DNA of 64,000 bases from Callorhinchus milii (lineage: Eukaryota): NCBI RefSeq assembly GCF_018977255.1, contig NW_024704743.1, forward strand, positions 55,430,001 to 55,494,000, read 5' to 3'. The notes beneath the pieces were generated by a model that ran no database searches, was not told the DNA's origin, and saw only the letters and a program-made list of their open reading frames with translations. The first letter of the stretch is position 1. Every line of letters starts with the position of its first letter. Below are positions 1-12,087 of this stretch, one piece after another. A program made the position numbers and the translations under genes.

Positions 1-1789
1 GTTTTAAGATTAAGTGAAAATTGTCAATGAATCAATGATATTGTTTTCCTTTCATAAATGTGATATAATGAGGACCTGAACTCTAATCCAGTTACATAAT
101 TTAAAATCTGCTGCTAATTTCAAAAAATCTCAATAATACAGTAAACACCACAGCTCCAACAGATAACAAGTGAACAAAATTATATAAAAACTTATAAAGA
201 GTAACCAGTTAATCTAACGTAATGCACTCTTGAAGAGTGAGCTAAAAAGATTCCAATCTCCTGTTTTAACTTTCATTAGAGTGAGTCCTTTTGATACTGT
301 AACATCCTGCACATCCAGCAAGGATTAAACTGTTTCCTGATTTAGAAGATCTTGTGACTTCTATAGATCAATGAGGTGTTGATACAAAGGCAAATTTAAT
401 ACTCAGTAAGCAATGTTTGCACGACATGAAAAAAAGCATTCCAATAAACAATAGAAAAAACAGTCACTCCACTTTACTGTACATCCCGTGAAGCGTTTTG
501 AGACTTCCTCCAGACGTGAAAGACACTACAATATACCAAATCTAAGAAATATTATTATTAGAAATGGCTTCACCTGGGATACAGGTAATAAAGTGATACT
601 GTGCAATAGCGGTCTACAAATCGAGGAAAGTTCAAATAAGGATTTCCATTCCTTTTAATCTCCAAAATGTTCATTGAAGGCTGCTGCAAATGTTTAACAA
701 ACTTAACAGATTTGCCATTTAAGTTAATTTGCCACTTGCAAAGCTTCAAACATTGTGAACCCATAATAAAACGTTCCCAGAACATGGCAGATTATTTGGC
801 CCATCACGTCTTGGGGAGATAGCTCTGCCACTAGTATTTATATTTTAATTCTGTTCCCTGGCGCTCTTTTACCATGTCCTTTAATATTATTATACTCAAA
901 GTATTTATTCAATTCCCTTTTCAATGGTGTGAGTGGATTCAAGAATTATCCTTGGTAAGCCATTGCATATTCTAATGAACATGTGTGTAAATAAAAATCT
1001 TCTAACCATTATTTTGTAATACCTGAGTGAATCTTCACTAAACCTTCTCACGTATAGTTTTATGTTCTTATGTTCTCCATGGCTCTGGGATCCTTTGTAT
1101 ATTTGGAATTGAAAACTGGATGCAACATTTTAACTGTGGTCAAGCAATGCCTCACACAAATTCAGAGTCAATTTACTGGACCATTCGCAATTTAGCGCTC
1201 TAATGAACCTCGGTGGGGATCCTCATGGCCCTGGTAGGATGGGATCCCTCAATCTGAGGCGCACATCAATGATTGGACCTCTAAAGTAGTCCCGTTACCT
1301 TCTTGCTCCTATATATAAAACATAGAATTCCATTTCTTTTGCTTTTAAAAATGTAAGTACTGAGCCCTGATATAACAGTTACCTGGGTCCAATATCTCAG
1401 AGAATAATTAAGCAAAAAAAATGGCCGACATCCATTTCATCAGATTGAAGTTATGTTCAGAAAGTGCAGCTGACATTACTTCATGAAGTGATATCAGCAA
1501 GCAATTCCTGGACATATAACTATGTGCAGTTTACAGGAAGAGATATCAGTGCAACCCTGAAGTTGGTCATGTTTTAAGCACAGGAAGCCAGCTAGTCAGG
1601 AAGTATCGCTGGATGTATCGCATTTCCAATATTTCCAGGGTCCATAGAATCATGCTTTAAGTGAACCTATGCTCAACCGGAGCACATTCTAAAAGGGGCG
1701 TCCTGTATTTGCATGCTCAATAGTAAAGCAATCCTAAAGTATTGTCCTATTCCTGCATTGCACATCACAGTACGTTTAAGGTAGCTGAA

Positions 1790-2116
1790 TGGAGGGAGAT
1801 CGAAAGCACGGTCGAAGAGAAGGGTCGTGAGGTAGGTCTTGAAGGTGGCGAGGGAGGGGGTGAGACGGAGGGACTGCGGGATGGAGTTCCAGAGGGTGGG
1901 AGCAGTGCCGGAGCCGGGCAACGTTGCGGAGGTGGGAAAGGCAGAGCGGGTCATGGTGCAGACATGGGATAGTTGAGGATAGTTGAGGGTCAAACAAGAC
2001 CCCAAGGCTCTGGACTGGCTTAGCAAGGTGAAGTGTTCAACCATGGATGGTGATGCTGTCAGCCACTGATGTGAGGAGGCGCTGACGGGAGCCAACCAGG
2101 AGAGCCTCGGTCTCAA
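1790..2116 (-). mobile_element. L2 LINE 3' fragment
   Basis: APTLWNSIPQSLRLTPSLATFKTYLTTLLFDRAF in ORF 1673..2116. Confidence 0.85.
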
Positions 2117-2679
2117 TAATTAATAGTACTGATGATCAGAATTTTTCTGAAAATTGCATCTGTCCAAATGCTAATCCCGAAATTACAACAACAGTAGCTC
2201 CTGATTTAATTCACGGGAAGGCTAAAAAAATAAAATCCTGTTTAATACCTTAATCCCAATATTCAAAAAGGGTTAGTATTTCATTGCAGTAGCCAACTGA
2301 AACGGAGTGGGGAAGACTTATGGGAGGTCACCACTGGTGTGCAAATAGTATGTAACAATTTCACAGCAGCAGCAACATTGTAGATTACAAATATTTTCAT
2401 GCATTGGCTTCATACACATCTTAAAACAATGCATTGTGGACTACAGCTCTAAATGAAATGTACCTAAAAGAATGTCAAAACAAGGTGTTTAGCTTGTCAT
2501 GACTCATTCATGATCAGCCCACAGAAAGTAATCATGGAAGGCCTGACAGGAAATACTGTCTGATTTGCCTTTCCCATGAAAAAATGAGGATGTTAATCCC
2601 TTCCTCTTATCCCTTACCTCCACAAGTGCCAGCTGCACTCTGATTTCTTATTTAAGCTGCTATTTAAGTATGGCATAGT

Positions 2680-3190
2680 GTAGATTCACGCTGGGGGATC
2701 ATTGTCAGAGATTCCATCCTTTGGATAAGACATTAAAACCAAGGTCTTCTCAGCTTGTTCGGGTGGATGTTAAAAGATTTTATGGCAGTATTTGAAAACA
2801 GCAGGGAGTCTCTCCTGGTGTCCTGGCTAACAATCCTCTTGATGTAACTGATCAGTCACTTCATGGCCATTTGTGTGACATCACTGTGCACAAACTGGCT
2901 GCCTAATTCACCTACAAAATAGTCACTACACTTTATTTACAGTAAATCTATTTTATTTGGAGGAACTTTGGCAAAAATATCAGCAGAAACTCCCTTCTCT
3001 TTTTGAACAGTGCTGTGACTTTAATGTCCACCTGAACAGGCAGACACAACCTTGGTTTAAAGTCTCATCTGAAGGACAGCTAATCAAAAAATGCAGCACA
3101 CTCTCTGCATTGCATTGCAGTACCGGCCTAAACAGGTTGAATTCTAAGAGGCAAAGGTCCTACCAACTGATCCAGGCTGAAACTAAAATA
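2680..3190. mobile_element. Two old DeuSINE-like copies in opposite orientation (about 2680-2960 +, 2975-3190 -)
   Basis: Deu-domain-like text (CCATCCTTTGGATAAGACATTAAAACC; GGGAGTCTCTCCTGGTGTCCTGGC; TGCTGTGCACAAA-type segment) and its reverse complement. Confidence 0.7.
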
Positions 3191-3347
3191 GAGACCATGT
3201 TTTGTGACCTCATGGGTACAGGCTGCTTGCTGTATTGTAATTGCTCTCAGGCGCCAAATATTTTGAATATACGTCACTGGTGGGTAGATTAAATACTGCA
3301 CTTCTGAACATGTGGCCAAAAGCATGAGTTAATGCATTCATTATTCA

Positions 3348-4850
3348 ACAACAACAAGATTACATTTGTACAGCGCCTTTCATGTCGGGAGGACGTCCCA
3401 AGGAGCTGAACAGTGTACAACATTTCAGATCCGAGCTGGGGTCGGGGGGGAGAAGGGAGGGGAAGGGGGGTGGCCGATGGCATGGTCGAAGAGGAGGGTC
3501 TTGAGGTGGGACTTGAAGGAGGCTAAGGAGGGGGTGAGGTGGAGTGATTGGAGGATGGAATTCCAGAGGTTGGGGGCAGAGTGGCTGAAGGCTCTCCCGC
3601 CAATGTTGGGGCGGGTGGGTCGGGGGATGTGGAGCAGGCCAGAGCCGGCTGAGCGGAGGGAGCGGGCGGGTTGGTAGGGGGTTAGGAGGTCGGAGAAGTA
3701 GGGTGGGACGAGGCCATGGAGAGCTTTGCAGGTGAGGACCAGGATCTTGAACTGGATCCTCTGAAGGATAGGGAGCCAATGGAGTTGGGCGAGAATGGGG
3801 GAGATGGGGTCACGGAGTTTGGTGCGGGAGAGGACACGGGCTGCAGAGTTCTGGATTACCTGCAGCCTGTGGAGGGAGGAGTTGGGAAGGTCGACAAGCA
3901 GGGCATTTGCATAGTCGAGCCTTTGAGGTGATGAAGGCATGAACAAGAGTTTCAGCGCCCCGAGGGGTGAGGTAGTGGCGGAGTCGGGCGATGCTACGGA
4001 GGTGAGGGAAGGCAGAGCGAGTCATGGTTTGGATGTGGGGAAGGAAAGACAGTTGAGGGTCGAACAAGACACCTCGGTTCCTGACTGGCTGGTGAGTTGA
4101 AGTGTGCACATTCAACTATAGGAAATTTGCCCTCATCCAGGACTTCAAAACAAAAAACAATAATAAATTGGTCATTTTCAATCTACGACTGTTTGTGGGA
4201 CATTGCTGTGCGCAATTGGCTGCCGCATTCGCCCACAAATATACAGTCAATTCACTTTGCAGTATATTCTGTGAAGCGCTTTGGGACGTCTAGAAGACGT
4301 GAAAAGCGCTATATCAAATGCAAGGATTATTATTGATGTCTGACAGGCGGTCTGTCAGGACAGCAGTGGTCCTGGAGTTGAGGGTGGAGGCAGAAAGATA
4401 GAGTTGACCCCATGTCTGCGGATTATGTCACCAAGGGGGAGCATGTAGATATTAAAGAGGAGAGGGCCAAGGACAGAGCGCTGGGGGACGCCAGACATGA
4501 CAGTGCGGGGGCTGGAGGAGAAACCATTAGAGGCAACAAAGTGGAGATGGTGAGAGAGATAGGAATTGAACCAAGCAAGGGCAGGTCCGCAAAGATTAAG
4601 TAAAGAGGAGAGGCGGTGTATGAGAATGGAGTGGTCAACAGTGTCGAAGGCAGCAGAGGTCGAGGAGGACAAGGAGGCAGAGGGAGCCCTGATCACAGAA
4701 TGTCATCAGTGACTTTGACCAGAGCTGTTTCCGTGCTGTGGGCAGCGCGGAAGCCGGATTGGAGAGGTTCGAAGAGGGAATGACAAAAAAGAAAGGAGCG
4801 GATGACTCGTTCTCGGAACTTGGAGTGGAACGGGAGGTTAGATATTCAAG
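3348..4850 (-). mobile_element. 5'-truncated L2 LINE (RT C-terminal half), interrupted by a SINE
   Basis: ORFs 3425..3946 and 4355..4696 give L2 RT text ([36 protein letters not shown]); (TTG)n tail at about 3348. Confidence 0.93.
4146..4334 (+). mobile_element. 5'-truncated SINE inserted in an L2 fragment
   Basis: Body and tail match the family; interrupts L2 GGACTT|GATGTC. Confidence 0.9.
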
Positions 4851-5325
4851 TTAGAATATGACTTTGACAAGAGAATTTTACACTCCTGGACAACTCTGTT
4901 GTACATATCCAGTAAAGGCCAGTTTTGCAAAATGTGCGCTAAACCTCACTGCAAGGTAAATTAAACCAAAATAGATTTCCAGGAATCATACAGCTCATCA
5001 GCAATGTAAATGTTGAACTACAGTACAGTGTTAACACACCCATGCACAGTATTACCTGGACTTCAGTTTATGCAAATAAATTCCTGTTCAGTATTAACAA
5101 GTGACATGTATGTTGGCCATTTTTCTAAAAGGAAATGTACATTTCAAGAGAAATATTCATTAAATGCATGTTGTGCAGAGAAAGATCTATGATAAAGGGG
5201 AAAATAAAACAGATCATAGGTGGGGAGCAGGGGAAATGGAGAAAATATAGGGGTGGGTGGTGATGCTTGTACAATATTACCTGACGACTTCTGACACACA
5301 AAATCCTACCGCATAAGCTTTCATG

Positions 5326-5520
5326 CAACAACAACAAAATTACATTGATAGAGTGCCTTTCACGTCGCGAAGCGCTGGACAGTCAGGGGTCAGGACCCGA
5401 GCATGGGGGAGGGGTGGGGTAGGGGGTGAGGAAACGCAGAGAGGTGGGAGGGCGACTGAAGGCACGATCGAAGAGGAGGGTCTCGAGACCGGCCTTGAAG
5501 GAGGCGAGGGAGGAAGCGAA
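5326..5520 (-). mobile_element. L2 LINE 3' end
   Basis: SSLASFKAGLETLLFDRAF, 3'UTR similar to copies A/B, (TTG)n tail. Confidence 0.85.
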
Positions 5521-5679
5521 TGAATCCATTACACAGAATGGGACGTAGACGGTACGGCAACGGCACGAGACAAAAATGACACAACCGAACATTGTAGTAG
5601 CAAATAAGACGCACGAAAAAGGGAAATAAATCTATTTAGGGGATGTTTGGTTTAAGATTAAGTAGCACAGCAATGTGCA

Positions 5680-5930
5680 ATTTCCCCTTTCTCCTCCCCC
5701 CCTTTCTCCCCCCCCCCACCCCTCTCTCCTCCCTCTCCCCCATTCTCCCTCTTCTTCTCTCCCTCTCCCTCCACTGTTTTTCTCTTCTCCCCTTCCCACT
5801 CGTCGTTGCTCTCCCTCTACCTCCTTCCCTCTCCCTCTCCTTCCCTCTCCCCCCTCCCTCCTCCCTTCTACCCCCCCCTCTTTCCCCCCATTCTGCTCTC
5901 TCCCTTCCCCCCCCCCCCTCCCCCCTCTCT
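5680..5930. repeat. Polypyrimidine/polypurine low-complexity tract at the start of TSPAN13 intron 1
   Basis: About 250 nt of almost pure C/T on + (G/A with long G runs on the sense strand). Confidence 0.9.
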
Positions 5931-5963
5931 GTGGGTTCAGATGATCCCCAGTGCAGTACTCAC

Positions 5964-6026
5964 GATGTAGAGGAGGTTCAGGACACATAGCGAGTTCTTG
6001 GAGCAGGTGAAGCCGCCGCAAACCAT
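5964..6026 (-). CDS. TSPAN13: Tetraspanin-13 first coding exon (63 nt); remaining exons lie beyond the window start
   Basis: MVCGGFTCSKNSLCVLNLLYI followed by GTGAGT donor; good Kozak (ACAATGG). The MVCGGF-CSKN motif is typical of TSPAN13/TSPAN31; position downstream of BZW2 on the same strand favours TSPAN13. Confidence 0.9.
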
Positions 6027-6285
6027 TGTACCCAACAAACCCACAGCACCAGCACAGGGGGAGGGAGGGAGTGTGTGTATATATATATATATATGATTTA
6101 AAATAAAGCCAAACAATAGCTCTGCCTCTCCGCTGCCTTCCCCGACACCAACATTTGCAGAATATGTCAATGAAGCAGCTGTGGGATTGCGCAGACGGCG
6201 CTCTCCCTCTCTCTCCCCCTCTCCCTCCCTCTCCCCGATCAGCTGACACCAGCACTGCCCAACTGGGCAGAGGGGGGGGGGGTGA
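6027..6285 (-). promoter_or_regulatory. Putative TSPAN13 5'UTR / core promoter
   Basis: GC-richer, CpG-containing sequence (GCGCAGACGGCGC) and GA-rich runs directly upstream of the ATG; TSS not determined. Confidence 0.5.
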
Positions 6286-7740
6286 GTGTTTGTGTGGATG
6301 TGTGTGTGGGTGTGTTTGTGTGGATGTGTGTGTGGGTGTGTGTTTGTGGGGGGGTGTGTTTGTGTGTGTGGGTGTGTTTGTGTGGGTGTGTGTTTGTGTG
6401 TTTGTGTGTGTGGGTGTGTTTGTGTGGGTGTGTGTTTGTGTGTTTGTGTGGGTGTGTGTTTGTGGGTGTGTGTGTGTTTGTGTGTGGGTGTGTGTTTGTG
6501 GGGGGGGGTGTTTGTGGGTGTGTGTGTTTGTGTGTGGGTGTGTGTGTGTTTGTGTGTGGGTGTGTGTGTTTGTGTGTGGGTGTGTGTGTGTGAGTGTTTG
6601 TGTGTGGGTGTGTGTTTGTGGGGGTGTGTGTTTGTGTGTGTGTGTTTGTGTGTGGGTGTGTGTTTGTGTGAGTGTTTGTGTGTGGGTGTGGGTGTGTTTG
6701 TGGGGGTGTGTGTTTGTGGGTGGGTGTGTGTGTTTGTGTGTGTTTGTGTGTGGGTGTGTGTTTGTGTGTGGGTGTGTGTTTGTGGGTGTGTGTTTGTGTG
6801 TGTTTGTGGGGGTGTGTGTTTGTGGGTGTGTGTGTGTGTGGATGTGTGTTTGTGGGGGTGGGTGTGTGTTTGTGTGTGGGTGTGTTTGTGTGTGTGTGGT
6901 TGTGTTTGTGGGTGTGTGGGTGTGTTTGTGTGTGTGTGGGTGTGTTTGTGGGTGTGGGTGTGTTTGTGTGTGTGTGGGTGTGTTTGTGTGTGGGTGTGTG
7001 TGTGTGTGGGTGTGTGTGTGTGTGTTTGTGTGTGGGTGTGTTTGTGTGTGGGTGTGTGTTTGTGTGTGGGTGTGTGTTTGTGTGTGGGTGTGTGTTTGTG
7101 TGTGGGTGTGTGTTTGTGTGTGGGTGTGTTTGTGTGTGGGTGTGTGTTTGTGTGTGTGTGTGTGTTTGTGTGGGGGTGTGTGTTTGTGTTTGTGTGTGGG
7201 TGTGTTTGTGTGTGTGTGAGTGTTTGTGTGTGTGTGGGTGTATTTGTGTGTGGGTGTGTGGGTGTGTTTGTGTGTGGGTGTGTGTTTGTGTGTGGGTGTG
7301 TGTTTGTGTGTGTGTGGGTGTGTTTGTGTGTGGGTGTGTGTTTGTGTGTGTGTGGGTGTGTTTGTGTGTGGGTGTGTGGGTGTGTTTGTGTGTGGGTGTG
7401 TGTTTGTGTGTGGGTGTGTGTTTGTGTGTGTGTGGGTGTGTTTGTGTGTGGGTGTGTGGGTGTGTTTGTGTGTGGGTGTGTGTTTGTGTGTGGGTGTGTG
7501 TTTGTGTGTTTGTGTGTGTGTGTTTGTGTGTGGGTGTGTTTGTGTGTGGGTGTGTGTGTGGGTGTGTGTTTGTGTGTGTGTGGGTGTGTGGGTGTGTTTG
7601 TGTGTGGGTGTGTGTGTGTTTGTGTGTGTGTGTGTTTGTGTGTGGGTGTGTTTGTGTGTGTGGGTGTGTGTTTGTGTGTGTGTGTGTTTGGGTGTGTGTG
7701 TTTGTGGGTGTGTTTGTGTGTGGGTGTGAGTGTTTGTGTG
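6286..7740. repeat. Compound (GT)n microsatellite with GGGT/TTTGT interruptions, about 1.45 kb
   Basis: Almost purely G/T on the + strand; generates the spurious His/Thr- and Cys/Val-rich ORFs. Confidence 0.98.
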
Positions 7741-9471
7741 GATGGCACTGCACAGGAAGCCCACTGGCTGCTTCACTGACTGGGTGGAGCTGTTTCATGG
7801 CAGTGCAGGGCAAGTTGCAAGGTTTTGTTCCTACGTTGGTTTTGGCAAGAATTCCCCAGTGATCATGGCTTAACCCCAAACAACAACATATTGCATTTAT
7901 ATAGCATCCTTCACATCGCGAGGACATCCCCAAGGCACTGGACAGCAAAGGGGCTGCTGCGTTTTAACAATGAATATAAGAATAATAAAAAGCCAACCTG
8001 TTTATTATTCTGCATTAAGACAGAAGGTTACATTTTTTTCTTTAATTTTGTGCAGCTAGGGAGAGGATTTAAGGTGAACTAATAGGTGAACCTGCTTGTC
8101 ACAGTGTTCTTGGCTTTATAATCACATTGAACAATTTCAAAGCACTTAGGAGGTCATCACAGCTAAGTGTGAATCTTTTTGTAGGCAAAATGCAGCAGCC
8201 ATTTGCACCAGCGCTAAGGTGAGTGATGAATTACTGTGGAAATACATCGGCCTGGACAGCAAGAGAAAATTTCCTCTCTTTTCATTCAATGTCATGGTAT
8301 CTTTAGTTCCCTCTTGAAAAAACAAGGAGTCAGAGCCTGCGTTTTAGCATCTCATTCCAAAATGCAACATCTCTAACATGTAGTAGGTCCCACAACAGTA
8401 CTATACAGGAGTATGAGCCTAAATCATAATATATTCCATTGACCTAGAAGAGCATCGAGCTATTTTTATGAAGTCTTGAGCAGCCTGGTCTCACCCACAC
8501 TTACCCATAATAATCCAGCAGCAGTACTGTGACCCATTTAGCCAATCTTGATAAATAAGACTAGAGGAGAACATTTAGCACATGATTAAATGCATTTTAC
8601 AAAAATATATCATCTTGAATTAGCTTGCCACAGCAAGTTATGAGTCAGTAGGATTTTAATTTTACGTTGGTAATTTGTGGCCAATGTAATCAATAGTATT
8701 CTGGGCAAACATTTCATGTTGCTTGGTGTAACTTTTATCCTTTAAAATAACTTGTGACATGCGGTAGCAATAAAGTGGAGGACATGTTGCGTTTAACCAT
8801 TATCCTGTTATTTAATACAAAAAAAAGCCAGTTCCAATAAAGCAATTTATTTTCAATACAATTGCAGCAGCTTGCATTTACATAGCTTGAAGTCTATTTG
8901 TTTCAAGACAGTGAAACAGTGGAGCATGCTGAGGATTGTGGTAATGGGAACACAGTACAGTGTACAGTATTTCTCTTCCATTCTGTTGCATCCTGTCTGT
9001 TACTTATTTTCATACTCATTGCCCTAGTTGCAATCACTTAAGCATAACTATTACACTGACAACTTTATGTTAGCAAATGACTTGTTGTGCACAACTGAAA
9101 AATATTTTAATTTTGTGGATCACATTGTGTGACCAGAAAGATGGTTATGGCATAGGATTCTTTAATAAAAAATGAGCTAAATGGGGAGATCGAAAGTGAA
9201 GTGTGCCTGATAGTAGAATTATTAAGCCATTCGTTTGCTTACAGAACATTTAGAATTTTATTTAAGCCACTTTGTTGCTGTTCATACATTAAAAGTATCC
9301 TGAGGTTACCTATCTATTTGGCAATGTTATTTAAAGGGTCATCTCCATCATAAAAACTGTTGCCAAACCAGGAAAAGTCTCATTATACAACAATCAGAAT
9401 AACTGCATCAGTTGAAGCAAAAATGTAATTAATTGAAAACATAATATTGTAATAGACAAAGCAGAGGCTAA

Positions 9472-9622
9472 GCTGTTTGTGGGACACTGCTGTGCGCATA
9501 TTCGATGCTGCGTTTCACGCACAAATATACAGTCAATTCACTGTACAGTATATTCTGTGAAGCGCTTTGAGATGTCTAGCAGACGTGAAAAGCGCTATAT
9601 CAAATGCAAGGATTATTATTAG
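9472..9622 (+). mobile_element. SINE 3' fragment
   Basis: CTGTTTGTGGGACACTGCTGTGCGC...GCGCTATATCAAATGCAAGGATTATTATT. Confidence 0.85.
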
Positions 9623-12087
9623 TAGTAGTACTCTTGCTCAGAAAAGACACCAATTATCACAAAAGTAGAGTTCACACAGCCGCCAATGTGATGTACAACA
9701 ATGACCAGCAGTTACTATATGCATGACTTAAGATTTCTTGTTTAGAAATACCAGAATTTAGACCTACATATATATATATATTCATCTCCCAGTGGATAGG
9801 GTTCCCTTGGGAGAAATATTGCCTGATCTCAACTTTCTTGAAACAGAGTTCGCGCATCATTCTTTCAATGACTCTGGCTCAAATGAAGAAACCAGGAAGA
9901 GGGATATTTCCTACTTGCCAGTAAATTTACTGTCCTCTCCTTTTCATTATAAGCCAAACAGTGAGGTGGGGGGAATTTAGCAACACAAGAGAAAATATCC
10001 CCTTGAACTTTTTTGAATCTGGTTATTCCCTTTGAAACTGATTCTTTGCTTCACTCTACCATCATTTAACCATATGATTAATAATTGACTTCTTTTCCTG
10101 AGTGTCAAGTTACACATTAAAAATTGCATGAGCAGCTGCTGTTACAGGAATGGATTCTTGCCTGTGAATAAAGGATTTATTTATTAATGCTAGTTATACG
10201 ACTGGTAACAAAATATCACAATTTTTTTCTCCCGGCCAGGACACCAGGAGAAACTCACTCCTCTTTTCGAATAGTGCCATCGGATTTTTAACATCCATCT
10301 GAACCAATACAATAGTCATCATACTTTACATTTTGGTGTTTTGGTGCTGTATGAAGTTATTATTGTACCTGTTTTGTGCACTAGGTGGTGTGTGCAATTC
10401 TTAAACCTGTGTATCAGTTGGTTTCCTCCAGATGGCATTGCACCAATTTGAAGCGAAATACAATATTATTTGTGCAACACTTAAATCATTCCCTGATGTA
10501 CCTGTTATTATTTATATTGTTAGGAGGTTATATATGGTGTGTTATGTAGGTTGACTATCTTTTGCCAAGTCCAAAACCACTCTGAGATGCTACTGTGCAT
10601 AGAAGAACTACTCCAATTAGGTCTTAGTTCTGCACATGGAGGAGCCCACAGTCATGGAGGCTGATCGGTCTTTTGCCAAATTAATATTTCACAACTACCA
10701 AAAAATTATTCTTTCTAAATTAACATGGAATGGACGATTTATCTTACTGGGAATATATGTCGATCAAACCCTTCAAGAAGAACTGGATGAGTACTTGACG
10801 ACAGCATTGTAGGAGGTAGTGGGAGGTTCAGAATCAGATGAACAAATATCCAGATTAAAATAAATATTGTGCTACTGTTAATGTGTGTGTGCATGAGGAG
10901 GGGCCTATGTGTGGAGGATAGGAGATCATGGTAAAGTAGTGAAGATGTGGGAATGGATGCATATTCTAGGTCTTTGTCTTCATTAGCATTGGTGCTCTGG
11001 AAGTATCAATACAACACTTTCCTTCAGGACATGAAATGATGGGGTGAGCTTCATGAGGTGGTAAGTTTTGCACAGCTGTGAAAGATTTTTTATCACAAGC
11101 TTCATTATGTTTTCTTATAAATTTCTCTTTGTTAAATACTTTTTAAGAATCAAAAAAAACATGAGTCTTTTTCACAGAATGTGGATAACACAACAGGAGT
11201 GCGGAAGGGCTGCAGTTTTCTTTCATTATATTTAACTCAGTAGTGTACTGATCTAATTATACTTGTTGCACTGTAAAATTGACTTGATGTCATGACTGAC
11301 AGATTTGTAGAATAGAATTACACATGATCATGAAGCAACACCCAAAGAGGCCCTTATTTAAAGCTCAATTTTTTAACGTATTTATAAACAAAGTCAACGA
11401 TTTATATGATTCTGAGTAAGGGTACAACAACAAAGAATACATAAATATATGGTGCCTTTCACATTTGAGAAATATGAATAAAAATATGAAATACGCTAAT
11501 GATACGTTCCTTGAATCTCATTTGAGCTTTAAGGATCAAGAGTATATGAGTGACTTGGCAGAGCAGCTCACTGTGCTTGAAACTATTTAGCTCATGAGCC
11601 TGTTTGTTAGACTGGAGCTTAGTTGGCGATTCATTATGAATTGTAGGTTTTCCTCAGTGTTCTGCAAAAAAGACAGTAATCTGCGACACACACTATATAT
11701 ATATATATATATACACACCCTAAGTTACAGCGTCTATACTTGGTCACGAAGGCTGAAGAGCTCCACAGGTACAACTGGCTTCAATCTATTTGATCTCTCT
11801 TGCTCATAAATGCGAGGAACAAGCTGGTAAGGCGTTTCGACTTTGTTTGGAATTTTATAGTGGAATAAATACTTTGTTAAACCTCAAAGCAATCCCATGT
11901 GCTGTGCAAAGTGTCTTGCCTACACTAGGTGGCACTCCAAGTACACCTGACTGATTGTCACAGCTCCAGTTTGATCAAACATAGTGTCGATATCATTTGC
12001 CCTGTCAAATCATTAATAGAGTGGGGGAATCGATTAGCATGGAGTTTCACTGCCAGCTCTGCATCATGTTGTCCTTAGCTGAAGATT

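Noticed and set aside
1..5963. TSPAN13 exon 2
   Set aside because: No transmembrane-coding exon with suitable splice sites was recognised; likely lies before position 1.
5964..6026. Alternative identity TSPAN31
   Set aside because: The N-terminus is similar, but LNLLY and adjacency to BZW2 fit TSPAN13 better.
5632..7948. Long His/Thr/Pro-rich and Cys/Val-rich ORFs (up to 714 aa), one of them (5937..7748) in frame with the TSPAN13 ATG
   Set aside because: The (GT)/(CA) microsatellite almost cannot form stop codons, so all frames are open. The TSPAN13 ATG has a good Kozak context and the expected N-terminus, so an N-terminal extension is unsupported.
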